A stretch of DNA of 64,000 nucleotides from Octopus sinensis (GCF_006345805.1 NC_043003.1:17050001-17114000); one strand, 5' to 3'; counted from the stretch's first letter, positions 13,066-25,742 are shown. Made by a program: numbers and translations. The notes: generated by a model from the sequence alone, not told the origin.

Positions 13066-14160
13066 AGAGAAAGAGAGAGAGAGAGATATATATGTATGTA
13101 TTTATACACATATAGACACACGTAAATATGTACGTGTGCGTGTTGTATGTGTCTATGCATTCGTGAATTTGCGTGTATGTGTATGTAGGTGCATAAATGG
13201 GTGCATCTGTCTGTGTCTGCCTCTTATTCGTTTTAACCGATCAAAGATTACTTAAGTGGGAAGAAGGCTAAGAAAATAAGAGGCAAAAAAAAACGAGAGA
13301 AGGAAAGAAAGAGCAAAATAAAGAAAAAAAAGGAAGAAAGAAGGAAGAGAATTGTAAGAAAACGAGAGTGAGAAACCAGTTCTTGTTCATTAAAGAACGA
13401 CCAAGAGAAATGAAGTAAATAGATTGGGATGTACAATTAAGAACTCAAAATTTTCGAAAGTGCACTCGCAGACCTTGGTTATTAATTGTTTGGCATTCTA
13501 GAGTGTAATTTAACGATGGATATTCCTTGAATTGGCAGCTTTATAAACACTAAGGCATATGTATGAGCTGTCCGTTTGATACCTTATATTTTGTAAAGAT
13601 ATACATAGATGTGAGGTAATTTGGTTCTGTTCCGAAAAGAGGTGCCGGCTCTCTATAGTTCAGCAACAAAAACATGTCTTAAAATTTAAAACACAGATAC
13701 TTAATACAGTTATCTTAATGATAGATTAAAATAACATCAGTTCTTGCTCTGAATTCTTTTGGTAGATTCACTATGATGACGATGAGGTTGAATTAAACTA
13801 CAATATTTCATCTGTTGAATACGCTATCTTATACACAAAATATATTTAGACTATATTGAAGAATTGTGAAGGAATGATATCCAACTTCCTTTTCAGTTTT
13901 TATCTCAAACATAAGAATATCTGGATCTTGTCTTCTTGAAATGGTTATATTTAGGAGGTACATAGCATGCAGGAACATGCGTAAAACTGAATCCCAATGA
14001 ATTGCCGAATTAGATATTTTACAGATGTGTTTAAATATGAATCTGCATTTGTTTACTTTCAAGAGTGTAGGCGTAATAAATTGTAGGTTAACTACATTAA
14101 ATTTATCTTAGATTTTCTGATACACGCTGCTTGTGCGTAAAATATTTTTCAATTAATTAT

Positions 14161-14645
14161 GAAGGCGGCGAGCTGGCAGAATAGTTAGCACGTCGGGCGA
14201 AATGCTTAGCGGTATTTCGTCTGTCGTTACGTTATGAGTTCAAATTCCGTCGAGGTTGATTTTGCCTTTCATCCTTTTGGGGTCGATAAATTAAGCACCA
14301 GTTACGCACTGGGGTCGACATAATCTACTTAATCCGTTTGTCTGTCCTTGTTTGTCGTCTCTGTGTTTAGCCCCTTGTGGGTAGTAAAGAAATATGTATT
14401 TCGTCTGCCGTTACGTTCTGAGTTCAAATTCCGCCGATGTCGACTTTGCCCTTCATCCTTTCGGGGTCGATTAAATAAGTACCAGTTACACATTGGGGTT
14501 GATATAATCGACTTAATCCGTTTGTCTGTCCTTGTTTGTCGTCTCTGTGTTTAGCCCCTTGTGGGTAGTAAAGAAATAGGTATTTCGTCTGCCATTACGT
14601 TCTGAGTTCAAATCCCGCAGAGGTGAACTTTGCCTTTCATGCTTT
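14161..14645 (+). mobile_element. SINE family C, head plus about 2.3 tandem units
   Basis: ggcggcgagctggcagaat head followed by tandem units. Confidence 0.9.
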
Positions 14646-14859
14646 AGTCGAGCAGTGGTGATCGATGAAATAAATGCAAGTAGTAAATATCGCTAGCCTT
14701 GAGCTCTTCCACAAACTGGCGTCCCATTGAGAGGCGGAGAATGCTTCGAACACGGTCACTTATGCGCCATAGAAACTCTGTAACCGTCCTTACGAATCCT
14801 ATGACCAGATAAAAAAAAAAACTGATCATGCCGCTGAAAACTTTACGATATAATTTTAA

Positions 14860-15878
14860 GAAATTTTATTGTATTCTATATAACTATTGATTGTTAAATT
14901 TGAATCTATAATTATTTTAGTTGTTGATTATAATTTAGATATATATATTTATTTAATTATTAGTATATAATTATTATAACTGTACGTAAAGTGTAAGATA
15001 TTAGTTAGTCACTGTGGTATATAGATGGTAAAATAGTCATACGTTTTTTTAAGATAGGTTATACGTTTTTAATTTGATTTTTAATTTTTAATTTCTAAAT
15101 TGTATTTCATATATATTCTATAGATATTTATAATATTTATGTAAGTAATAATGGACTAATTTATTTATTTTTGGTTATATGTCTATATATTTATTGATAG
15201 AAAAAATTTTAGATTTCTAATTATTATATTTGTTGATTATAATTTAAATACTTATTTTAATGTATTTATTATTTTATAATTATTAGATGTGAACTTAAAT
15301 CTAAAAATATTAATAATGATTATTTTGTTAAATAATTTGGTAATTAAATATTGGAGTATAACTGAGTTAAAGATATTCCAGAGTTTATTATGTTTTTTTA
15401 AAGCCAAATTATATCTTCAAAGATAAATATATATTTCCATCTATTTTTACGTTAAAAATTAAATATTTAACATAATAAATGTGTTGTAGGAAATAATCCT
15501 AATGTTTTAAGTTTCTAATTTAGTTAATGGAGTTTTTTTATATAAGTAAAATTATTATTTTATTTATTTCTTAAATAAATATTGTTTTAACTCTATTTGC
15601 TTATTTATTTAACTATTATCATTAACCTGAAGATTGACTATATTTTAAATCGAATTTATTTCAATTGAATTTAAATTTAATTGTAATTCGAATTTAATTG
15701 TAGCAATGAAACGTACGTAGTGTTTTTACTTATTATATTATATATTTATTATTCATTTTATACTTTTTGAGATCTAGTTATAAGTTATATGTTTTATAAA
15801 AATATATATTATTTGTTATTTATGTATTGGTTTTTGTCTATCACTGTATGAGTTGCATAATAGTAGTTTTATCTCTAA

Positions 15879-15885
<7 letters not shown>
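14860..15885. other. extremely AT-rich, strand-skewed island of unknown origin (possible decayed NUMT)
   Basis: manual count over 14881-15360: 53 G and 18 C in 480 nt; not a simple repeat; no long ORF. Confidence 0.6.
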
Positions 15886-15908
<23 letters not shown>

Positions 15909-15909
<1 letters not shown>

Positions 15910-16320
15910 GGCGTAGGAGTGGCTGTGTGGAAAGTAGCTTGCTTACCAACCAACATGGTTCCGGGTTCAGCCCCACTGCGTGGCTCCTTGGTCAAGTGTC
16001 TTCTACTATAGCCCCGGGCTGACCAATACCTTGCGAGTGGATTTGGTAGACGGAAACTGAAAGAAGCCTGTCGTATATATGTATATACATATATGTATGT
16101 GTGTGTGTGTGTGTGGTCGTTTGTGTGTATGTGTTCGTCCCCCCAACATCGCTTGACAACCGATGCCGGAGTGTTTACGTCACAGGAAACGTAGCGGTTC
16201 GGCAAAAGAGACCGATAGAATAAGTACTAGGCTTACAAAGAATAAGTATTTGCTCGACTTAAGGCGGTGCTCCAGCATGGCCACAACCGAATGACTGAAA
16301 CAAGTAAAAGAGTAAAAGTG
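15909..16320 (+). mobile_element. SINE family A, full length
   Basis: ggcgtaggagtggctgtgtgg...gtaaaagagtaaaag. Confidence 0.9.
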
Positions 16321-16713
16321 TATATATATAGGCGTGTGTGTATATATACGCATATTTGTGTATGTGTTTCTGTATTCATGTATACAAGATTGAATAGAAA
16401 AAAAGCCATGACAATAATAAAAGAAAAAGAGCGAAAGACATCAGAAAAAGAAGAGAAGGGAAGAAAGAGAGAAAGCAGCAGAGGCCCTAAAGTTCTGTTG
16501 TGTGTAGGTTGTTGTTAGTGGCACCTGAAATTCATTATATAGACAGGAAGTTGGTTAGCCACAGAAAATCTGCTGCAAGCTGCCATTATTAATATTTCTG
16601 CTGGGGGGTGACTCCACGTAAAACAGATCGTAAACAACTTGATGACTGCATTTCTATAGAAGGTGCTGACTCTTCCTCACATGTTGCTAGCAATTTCATT
16701 TTAACATTTAGAA

Positions 16714-16761
<48 letters not shown>

Positions 16762-16934
16762 CATACGCTCACACAAACAGATGCACAGTGTGTGTGTGTG
16801 GTTTGTGTGTGTGTGTGTCTAACTATATATTTAAGTATGCGTATGCACGAACACATATTCCTTTGATTCATTTCAGCCGTACGGCTGCGGTCATTCTGAA
16901 GCACCACCTTATGTGTATATTATGTACATATACA

Positions 16935-17372
16935 TAGGTGCAGGAGTGGCTATGTGGTAAGTAGCTTGCTTTCCAACCGTGTGGTTCCGGGTTCAGTCCC
17001 ACTGCGTGGCACCTTGGGCAAGTATCTTCTACTATAGCCTCGGGCCGACCAAAGCCTTGTGAGTGGATTTGGTAGACGGAAACTGAAAGAAGCCGTCGTA
17101 TGTATGTATATATGTGTGTGTGTTTGTGTGTGTGTGTGTTTGTGTGCGTGTGTGTGTGTGTGTATGCATGCTTGTGTGTATGTGTCTGTCCCCCTAACAT
17201 AGCCTGACAACCGATGCTGGTGTGTTTATGTAACCGCAACTTAGCGGTTCGGCAAAAGAGACCGATAGAATAAGTACTAGGCTTACAAAGAATAAGTCCT
17301 GGGGTCGATTTGCTCGACTAAAGGCGGTGCTCCAGGATGGCCGCAGTGAAATAACTGAAAAATGTAAAAGAA
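16935..17372 (+). mobile_element. SINE family A, full length
   Basis: matches consensus. Confidence 0.9.
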
Positions 17373-18459
17373 TGTGTGTACCTTATATACATATGCAACA
17401 TATAAGTGTGTGTGTGCAGTTTGATCTATACGCATATACATGTGTCGATTTCAGTTTTTGCAGAGGGTCAGAACTGGTACTTATTCTATCAACCCTGAAA
17501 GGATAAAAAGGAAAAGTCGTATTTGAACTCAGAACGTAAAGACGGACGAAATGCTGTCAAGCATTTCACCCTGCATGGTAACGATCCTGCCAACTTGCCA
17601 CCTTGTATATATACGTATATTATAATAACATTTTTCTCTCGCTCTATGTTTTGATGACTGAATACCTCCGATGTAGAGGGTATTTTGTTCCAAATTCTAT
17701 TAAATGAGGTGACTGTAAGATTAATCTCTACCTATCAACATTATCTGAACAGAATAGCAGATAACTTTCTCAAATTTTGTATATATTTCAACACAAGCAA
17801 TTAAGACGTAATTAAATTACTGACTTAGAGTTTAATTAAATATTCGCCATATATATAAACTTGTGGAGGCGCGTGACTTAGTGGTTAGGGTGCCAGCATC
17901 ATGATTGTAAGATTGTGGTTTCGATTCCAGAACCGGGCGACGTGTTGTGTTCTTGAGCAAAACACTTCATTTCAAGTTGCTCCAGTCCACTCAGCTGGGA
18001 AAAATGAGTAACGCTGCGATGGACTGGCGTCCCGAGCAGCTGGGGAACACATACGCCATTGAAACGGCAATCCGGGCCCATGAGCCTGCCTAGGGTTTAA
18101 AAAGGGCGCATTTATTTATTTTATATATAAGCTTGCAAGTCTTTATCCATTTCGCTGCTACAAGAAACAAATATCGATAGTGCTGCTACGCGGTCGCTCA
18201 ACCTATAAGATATAGAAAGTACATCATCCTCTGAATCACATCCTACTCCATAAATTATACATTGGACAAGGTAGTGCTCTTTTCCAGTCTTCTGCTACAT
18301 AGTAAGACGCTTGCTTCCCAACGAAATGGTTCTGGGTTCAGTCCCACTGCGTGGAACCCTGGGCAAGTGTTTTTTTACTATAAACTTGGGCCGACCAAGA
18401 CCTTGTTAGTGGATTTGGTAAACGGAATTGAAAGAAGCTCCTCGTATATATATATATAT

Positions 18460-18494
<35 letters not shown>

Positions 18495-19773
18495 ATGCAT
18501 GCTTGTGTGTATGTGTCTGTCCCCCTAACATAGCCTGACAACCGATGCTGGTGTGTTTATGTAACCGCAACTTAGCGGTTCGGCAAAAGAGACCGATAGA
18601 ATAAGTACTAGGCTTACAAAGAATAAGTCCTGGGGTCGATTTGCTCGACTAAAGGCGGTGCTCCAGGATGGCCGCAGTGAAATAACTGAAAAATGTAAAA
18701 GAATGTGTGTACCTTATATACATATGCAACATATAAGTGTGTGTGTGCAGTTTGATCTATACGCATATACATGTGTCGATTTCAGTTTTTGCAGAGGGTC
18801 AGAACTGGTACTTATTCTATCAACCCTGAAAGGATAAAAAGGAAAAGTCGTATTTGAACTCAGAACGTAAAGACGGACGAAATGCTGTCAAGCATTTCAC
18901 CTGCATGGTAACGATCCTGCCAACTTGCCACCTTGTATATATACGTATATTATAATAACATTTTTCTCTCGCTCTATGTTTTGATGACTGAATACCTCCG
19001 ATGTAGAGGGTATTTTGTTCCAAATTCTATTAAATGAGGTGACTGTAAGATTAATCTCTACCTATCAACATTATCTGAACAGATAGCAGATAACTTTCTC
19101 AAATTTTGTATATATTTCAACACAAGCAATTAAGACGTAATTAAATTACTGACTTAGAGTTTAATTAAATATTCGCCATATATATAAACTTGTGGAGGCG
19201 CGTGACTTAGTGGTTAGGGTGCCAGCATCATGATTGTAAGATTGTGGTTTCGATTCCAGAACCGGGCGACGTGTTGTGTTCTTGAGCAAAACACTTCATT
19301 TCAAGTTGCTCCAGTCCACTCAGCTGGGAAAAATGAGTAACGCTGCGATGGACTGGCGTCCCGAGCAGCTGGGGAACACATACGCCATTGAAACCGGCAA
19401 TCCGGGCCCATGAGCCTGCCTAGGGTTTAAAAAGGGCGCATTTATTTATTTTATATATAAGCTTGCAAGTCTTTATCCATTTCGCTGCTACAAGAAACAA
19501 ATATCGATAGTGCTGCTACGCGGTCGCTCAACCTATAAGATATAGAAAGTACATCATCCTCTGAATCACATCCTACTCCATAAATTATACATTGGACAAG
19601 GTAGTGCTCTTTTCCAGTCTTCTGCTACATAGTAAGACGCTTGCTTCCCAACGAAATGGTTCTGGGTTCAGTCCCACTGCGTGGAACCCTGGGCAAGTGT
19701 TTTTTTACTATAAACTTGGGCCGACCAAGACCTTGTTAGTGGATTTGGTAAACGGAATTGAAAGAAGCTCCTC

Positions 19774-19830
<57 letters not shown>
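17161..19830 (+). repeat. near-identical tandem duplication, unit about 1.33 kb
   Basis: identical ORFs start at 18262 and 19592 (offset 1330); the differences I found are 1-nt indels; breakpoints lie in SINE-A internal TA/TG tracts. Confidence 0.95.
17865..18120 (+). mobile_element. SINE family B (duplicated copy at about 19195-19445)
   Basis: matches 8387-8640. Confidence 0.9.
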
Positions 19831-19833
<3 letters not shown>

Positions 19834-19854
19834 CTGTGTGCGTGTGTGTGTGTA

Positions 19855-20105
19855 TGAAATTAACGTGCATGTGACTGAGCACTCCACAGACATTTAGCAT
19901 AGTTCTGAGGGAGATTCAGCATGACGGAAAGTGTGATAAGGCTGGGTCTTTGAAATACATGTACTACTCATGTTTGCCAGCTGAGTGGACTGGAGCAACG
20001 TAAAATGAAGTGCCTTGCTCAACGTGTCGCCGGGAATTGAACTCACGACCTTACTAACGTGAGCCAAACACTCTAACCACTAAGCCACGCGTCTTCACCT
20101 CCACG
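19855..20105 (-). mobile_element. SINE with family B head and alternative tail (same type as 56512-56830)
   Basis: ttgagcaaggcacttc...ctccagtccactcagctggcaaac followed by gtgtctgtggagtgctcagtcacatgcacgttaatttc. Confidence 0.8.
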
Positions 20106-20133
20106 CACCATATACATATTATATATATATAAT

Positions 20134-20525
20134 AGGCGCAGGAGTGGCTGTGTTGTAAGTAGCTTGCTAACCAACCACATGGTTCCGGGTTCAGTCCCAC
20201 TGCGTGGCATCTTGGGTAAGTGTCTTCTGCTATAGCCCCGGGCCGACCAATGCCTTGTGAGTGGATTTGGTAGACGGAAACTGAAAAAAGCCTGTCGTAT
20301 ATATGTGTGTGTGTGTTTGTGTGTCTGTGTTTGTTCCCCTAGCATTGCTTGAAAACCGAAGCTGGTGTGTTTACGTCCCCGTAACTCAGCAGTTCGGCAA
20401 AAGAGACCGATAGAATAAGTACTGGGCTTACAAAGAATAAGTCCCGGGGTCGATTTGCTCGACTAAAGGCAGTGCTCCAGCATGGCCACAGTCAAATGAC
20501 TGAAACAAGTAAAAGAGTAAAAGAG
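20134..20525 (+). mobile_element. SINE family A, full length
   Basis: matches consensus. Confidence 0.9.
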
Positions 20526-20646
20526 TATATATATACACAAATATACATATAGATGCATATGAGTGTATAAATATACATATAAATATGCCATGAATATACA
20601 TATATATAAATTTGCATATATGTACGTACGCATGCATGCATGCATG

Positions 20647-20727
<81 letters not shown>

Positions 20728-20769
20728 TTGTGTACTTACACACACATATGTATCGTACAAATTGCAGCT

Positions 20770-21146
20770 TACAGTTATATTTCATAATAAAGTTTTTAAT
20801 CATTTCAATACTTATTAGATGATGAAAGAAGGATCTTGCAAAAATCTCTCTTTTTGAAGTCCCCAAAATGTCTTTTGTTTTCCTCATTCTTCAAACATGT
20901 TGATGTAAGTTGGCGCATTCCCAACTCATTTTATTCTTTCAAATCTCACCTTTGAGAAAGAAGTCTTTTAAAGTGAATAATTTTTTGTTTTTTACTGTCC
21001 TTTTACGTGTTTAAAATTCTGCATAATTTTCTGTTTTGATGACAGCTTAACTTCGGAAGAACTTTTGAGTGAAACCTTTCATCACGACTTCCCCTAAAAG
21101 ATAGTGTTTTATTGTTGTTAGTTATATGTGTGTATGTGTGTGTGCG

Positions 21147-21179
<33 letters not shown>

Positions 21180-21433
21180 TTTCATATATGTATATACTTA
21201 TATATATATATATATATATATAAGTACACGTACACACATATACAGGCACACACACACACACGCACACATATATACACATATATATATATAAATATGTATG
21301 CTGCAACGAAAATATTTTTGCTGTAAATTGCATGCAAGTCATGTTCATGCATTACAAGGTTGAAGAGTTGAAATGAGAGCGAGAGACGCGGTGTGGGGAG
21401 GAGAGAAAGCATGAAAGAAAGAAAAGAGAGAGA

Positions 21434-21479
<46 letters not shown>

Positions 21480-21545
21480 AGAGAGAAGAGTGGGAGAGAA
21501 GTGGGCACATCAGATAAGCAGCGATAACGAAATAGATTGATAAAT
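20770..21545 (+). repeat. old direct duplication of non-SINE sequence, copy 1 (copy 2 at about 27130-27865)
   Basis: colinear shared blocks: ttaatcat..attagatgatgaaa; ttaaaatt(c/t)tgcataat..tctgttt(t/g)gatgac; ttttgagtgaa.cctttca; tgtaaatt(g/a)catgcaagtcatg; ataagcag(c/t)gata. Confidence 0.8.
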
Positions 21546-22167
21546 GGATACAGGCATACCTACCTACTTACTTATCTACCCATCTACCTGCCTACATACA
21601 TATACATACACGTACGTATACGTATACACATGCACACACACGTATATATGTGTGCGCGTGTGTGTGCGTGCGTGTGTGTATGTATATATGTATGTATAGA
21701 TGGATGGATGGTTGTACTTATAGAAAAAGACAAAAGATAAGATATTGTAAGACATTTGTTACATCGTCTTACGCTCGTTCCGTTAACATAAGGTGATTAT
21801 TAGTAACATAACGCAAATTGTATAACCAAGACTTAATGTTAAATCGTCAGAAAACTAAATTTTATGCATTACGTTATCGAATTATAAAGATTAGAGAATT
21901 CGTCATCGACCGTCTCTAACTATTTGACACTAAGTCTTCATCATTTAATTTATATTAATAAGACTAATGACCAACTTAAGTCAACTAAAGCATGTAAGAG
22001 ATTGTAACTACATATCTTATAAGCTATCTCTCATGTTTTCCTTTGATGTGAAACGTGTAAAGGCAATTCTAGTAATTTTCTGTGTATGAAGGAAATACCA
22101 ATTTATTATTTACGTTATTTACATTATTTACATTTGACGGATATTTGTCCTCATCCTGTTTGTTGTC

Positions 22168-22213
22168 AACACAACGTTTCGGCTGATATACCCTCCAGCC
22201 TGCATTAGGTGTT
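22168..22213 (-). ncRNA. degenerate type-I hammerhead ribozyme (core mutated to CUAAUGC) in a Penelope-like terminal repeat
   Basis: minus strand aacac CTAATGC a ggctgg agggtata tcagcc GAAAC GTT gtgtt; paralogue of the copies at 24627 and 24823. Confidence 0.65.
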
Positions 22214-22257
22214 TTGGGGAAATTTCTCATTCCTAAGGTATTTTTCGATGTTGTTGT

Positions 22258-22286
<29 letters not shown>

Positions 22287-22288
<2 letters not shown>

Positions 22289-24492
22289 TTTTTTTTTCTT
22301 CTTTCAAATTTGCTTCCATGTCTTGCCGAGTGTCTTCCCGACTCCTAGGGCAAAGAAACTCATAGTATACATTGGTAGGCCATTAAACCAAACTCAATAG
22401 TTCGTTCATTTTTTTTATTTTTTTTTTAAGTTAAATTAAAATACATGAGCAGCAACAGTTCTCACATCGACAATGCTCTTCTCAATACGTGTGATGTACC
22501 AGTTAAGACAATCTTTTGCACTTCTTGCAGGGATGGTAAGCCAGGGATCATTCTCATATAATTTTCGGTTCCCTTCTTGATCATTCCTAGTGCTCCTACG
22601 ATCACTGGTATTGTAACCGCTTGAGATGCCACATTTTCTCAATTTCAATGAGTAGGTCTTTATATTTTCTGAGCTTGTCAAACTCTTTCGCTGAGATATT
22701 ATGATCACAGGGGATGCTCATGTCGATCAATAAGCAAACTTTATTGTTTTGGTCTTTCACAACAATATCTGGTTTTTGGCCTTGATGGTTCGGTCTGTAT
22801 GTACTGGAAAGTCCCACAGAATGGTTACATTTTCTCCTTCAGTTACAGCCTCAGGGTGGTGATTATACCACTTGTCGGCAGTTTTGATATTGTAATGCCG
22901 ACTTATTAGCCAGTGTAGATATTGGCCAACTCTGTCATGTCTTAATTTATACTCCACTGGTGCTAAGACTTTACATCCAGAGATTAGGTGGTCCACTGTT
23001 TCAATCATGTCGTTGCAGAATCGGCATTTTGGGTCTGCTCCATTTTTCATCACATTGGCCTGGTAGTTCCGGTTAATAGGCTTTGATCTTGAGCAGCCAG
23101 GATGAAACCTTCGCTCTCTGCTTTTAGTCCGAGCTCCGTAGCCACTGATGGTTTGCTTATGGTCAACATCAGCTTGTTTGCTGCGGGTCACATATTTGCC
23201 GTGCAGAGGTTTCTCCTCCCACCTATCAGCCAATTGCTCGTGCACTTTTTTCGTTGCCATCATTTTCACCTTCTTTGCAACAATAGTTGCCGTACTTCCC
23301 TCGGGTTGTTCAGTTTGGGTATCCTGCACGAGATCAATAGCAAATTTTTTGCTTTCCTTTATAATAGAATGAAGCTTCTTTTGTCTCTCGTGATTTTCCA
23401 CGAGCTTTAGCATCCAGTCATTCGATATTTCGAGATATTTGGCCAGTCCAATTGTGGTTGTTTTGTAAGCTAGTTCAAATTGGATCAGGCCTCGACCTCC
23501 TTGGGCTCTGGGAAGGTAAAGGCGATCTACGTCTGCCTTTGGGTGGTGCATCCTATTACAACTCAGCAGCTTGCGTATTTTCCTATCTATATTCTTTACT
23601 TCACTCATATTCCAGTTCAACACATTGTAGCTATAAGTAACAACTGGAACTACTAAGGAATTTATAGCTAACACCTTGTTACGTGCATTTAGTTCAGATT
23701 TCAGGACTGCACGAACTCTCCTATAACATTCCTTCCTGATCTTCTCTTTCATGCTTGCATGCTGAATACCAGAGCCTTCATTTATCCCTAAAATTTGTAT
23801 GTTTGTTCTTGCTCAAGCTCTCTTATGACTGTGTCAACATCTAACACGACTGAATTTGTGGTCTTCACTTTCCCTTCTGGAAAGTGGCCTTGGCACACTT
23901 CTCAAGTCCAAAATCCATCCCGATGTCATCGCTGAATGCTTTCACGGTGCGAAATAGGCCTTCAAGTTCATTATTGTCTTTACCATAAAGTTTTAAGTCA
24001 TCCATATAAAATAGATGGCTTATTTTTTATTGGCAATTTTATACCCATACCCTGTTCTGTTTAATTCACTTGTAAGGGGTATTAGGGCTATGCAGAATAT
24101 TAAAGGTGAAAGTGAGTCACCTTGAAAAATTCCACAGTTGATGTTTATATTTTCTGAGGCAAGTACTCCATTAGAGTGGTATAATTGGAGATTCGTATTC
24201 CACAACGACATATTGTGCTTCAGGAAGTTTGAAATCACAGGGGAAATTTTGAAGATGTCCAGCGATCTCAAGATCCATGGATTGCGGTATACTGTCGAAG
24301 GCCTTTTTATAGTCAATCCATGCGGTGCTGAGATTTCTGCGCTTGTTGTGACAGTTCTCAAGGATCATACGATTGATTAGCAGTTGATCTTTGCATCCGT
24401 AATAGCCTCGGCGGCACCCTTTTTGTTCAATGGGGAAAATATCGTTCTTCTCCATGAATGCATATGTTTTCTCCGCCAGGATAGATGTTAGG
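22287..24492 (-). mobile_element. 5'-truncated R4/Dong-clade non-LTR retrotransposon (RT, CCHC, restriction-like endonuclease), frameshifted
   Basis: DYKKAFDSIP, GIFQGDSLSPLIF, FYMDDLKL, HPKADVDRLYLPRAQGGRGL, CRFC..ETVDHLISGC..RHD, PDIVVKD..LLIDMS; (TAA)n on both sides. Confidence 0.92.
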
Positions 24493-24525
<33 letters not shown>

Positions 24526-24626
24526 AATATACAACATAGAGAAAGTACAGTTCTATATTTAAGAGATGGGGAATTGTGTACATTATTTACAGTTGACGGA
24601 TATTTATCCTCACCTTGTTTGTTGTT

Positions 24627-24672
24627 AACACAACATTTCGGCTGATATACTCTCCAGCCTTCATCAGGTGTC
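24627..24672 (-). ncRNA. minimal type-I hammerhead ribozyme
   Basis: gacac CTGATGA a ggctgg agagtata tcagcc GAAA t GTT gtgtt; stem I gacac/gtgtt, stem II ggctgg/tcagcc. Confidence 0.75.
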
Positions 24673-24724
24673 TTGGGGAAATTTCGAACCTGGGTTCTCA
24701 CTTTTAAGGTATTTTTCGATGTTG

Positions 24725-24771
<47 letters not shown>

Positions 24772-24822
24772 ACATCGAAAAATACCTTAAAAGTGAGAAC
24801 CCAGGTTCGAAATGTCCCCAAA

Positions 24823-24868
24823 GACACCTGATGAAGGCTGGAGGGTATATCGGCCGAAATGTTGTGTT
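24823..24868 (+). ncRNA. minimal type-I hammerhead ribozyme
   Basis: gacac CTGATGA a ggctgg agggtata tcggcc GAAA t GTT gtgtt. Confidence 0.75.
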
Positions 24869-25439
24869 AACAACAAACAAGGTGAGGACAAGTACCCGTC
24901 AAATGTAAATAATGTACGTAATTCCTCATCTTTTTAAATATAGAACAATAGTAAAATAATTTACATCTATTTCTGTTTTCGCTGCAAGCTATAAAATTGA
25001 AACCCATAGGCTTACACACATTCCACCACACACTGTGTTTTGCATAAATTCATTTTATTTAATGAATCACATCACTAATGAATGACCATTATGCAAATTA
25101 AACTAAATTCAGCTAAAAAAAGTTTGTTTTTAATATAAATAGCGATCTGCTATAGCTTTTCTTCGTAGACGGAAAATAAAGGTGATTGTCTTTTAAGGAA
25201 CGACCGGTAAACTTTGAAACCTGTCAATGCAAACCTCATAATGTCTGTTTAAGAAAAGGATAATAAAATATATTTACATCTGTTTTTAGTTTCACGCTGA
25301 GGTTAATAATTTGAATTGTAAATACCCCTACATTAAATTTATATGAGATGTTCTATTATAGGTTGTGTTGTGCATACTATGTATATATGTCTGCCTGTCT
25401 GTTTGTCTGTATATATATATATATATATATACACCTGTT

Positions 25440-25742
25440 TTTATTTTGCGCCCTTTTCAAGCCTAGCCAGACTCATGGGCTCGGTTTCCCGGTTTCTATG
25501 GCGTATGTGTTTCCCCACAGCTGGACGAGACGCCAGTCTATCGCAGCGTTACTCAAGAATCAGAAAGAAAGAGTGAGAGAAAGTTGGGGCGAAAGAGTAA
25601 AACAGGGGTGGTCCCCCCCGCCGGAGCCTCGTGGAGCTTTAGGTGTTTTCGCTCCATATACACACACAACGCCCTGTCTGGGAATCAAAACCTCCGACCA
25701 CGAGTCTGCTGCCCTAACCACTGGACCATTGTGCCTCCACAT
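25440..25742 (-). mobile_element. SINE family B (variant head, as 7975-8272)
   Basis: matches 7975-8272. Confidence 0.85.

Larger units (their letters stand above)
24570..24945. mobile_element. inverted pair of Penelope-like terminal repeats separated by (ATT)n
   Basis: 24570-24725 is approximately the reverse complement of 24772-24930; each arm carries an HHR. Confidence 0.8.

Noticed and set aside
14860-15885. Mitochondrial protein-coding NUMT
   Set aside because: The frames I translated, also under the invertebrate mitochondrial code, hit TAA within about 50 codons, and I recognised no ND, COX or CYTB motif.
25020-25340. Octamer (ATGCAAAT) and homeodomain site cluster as an enhancer
   Set aside because: Short AT-rich motifs are expected by chance; no conservation data.
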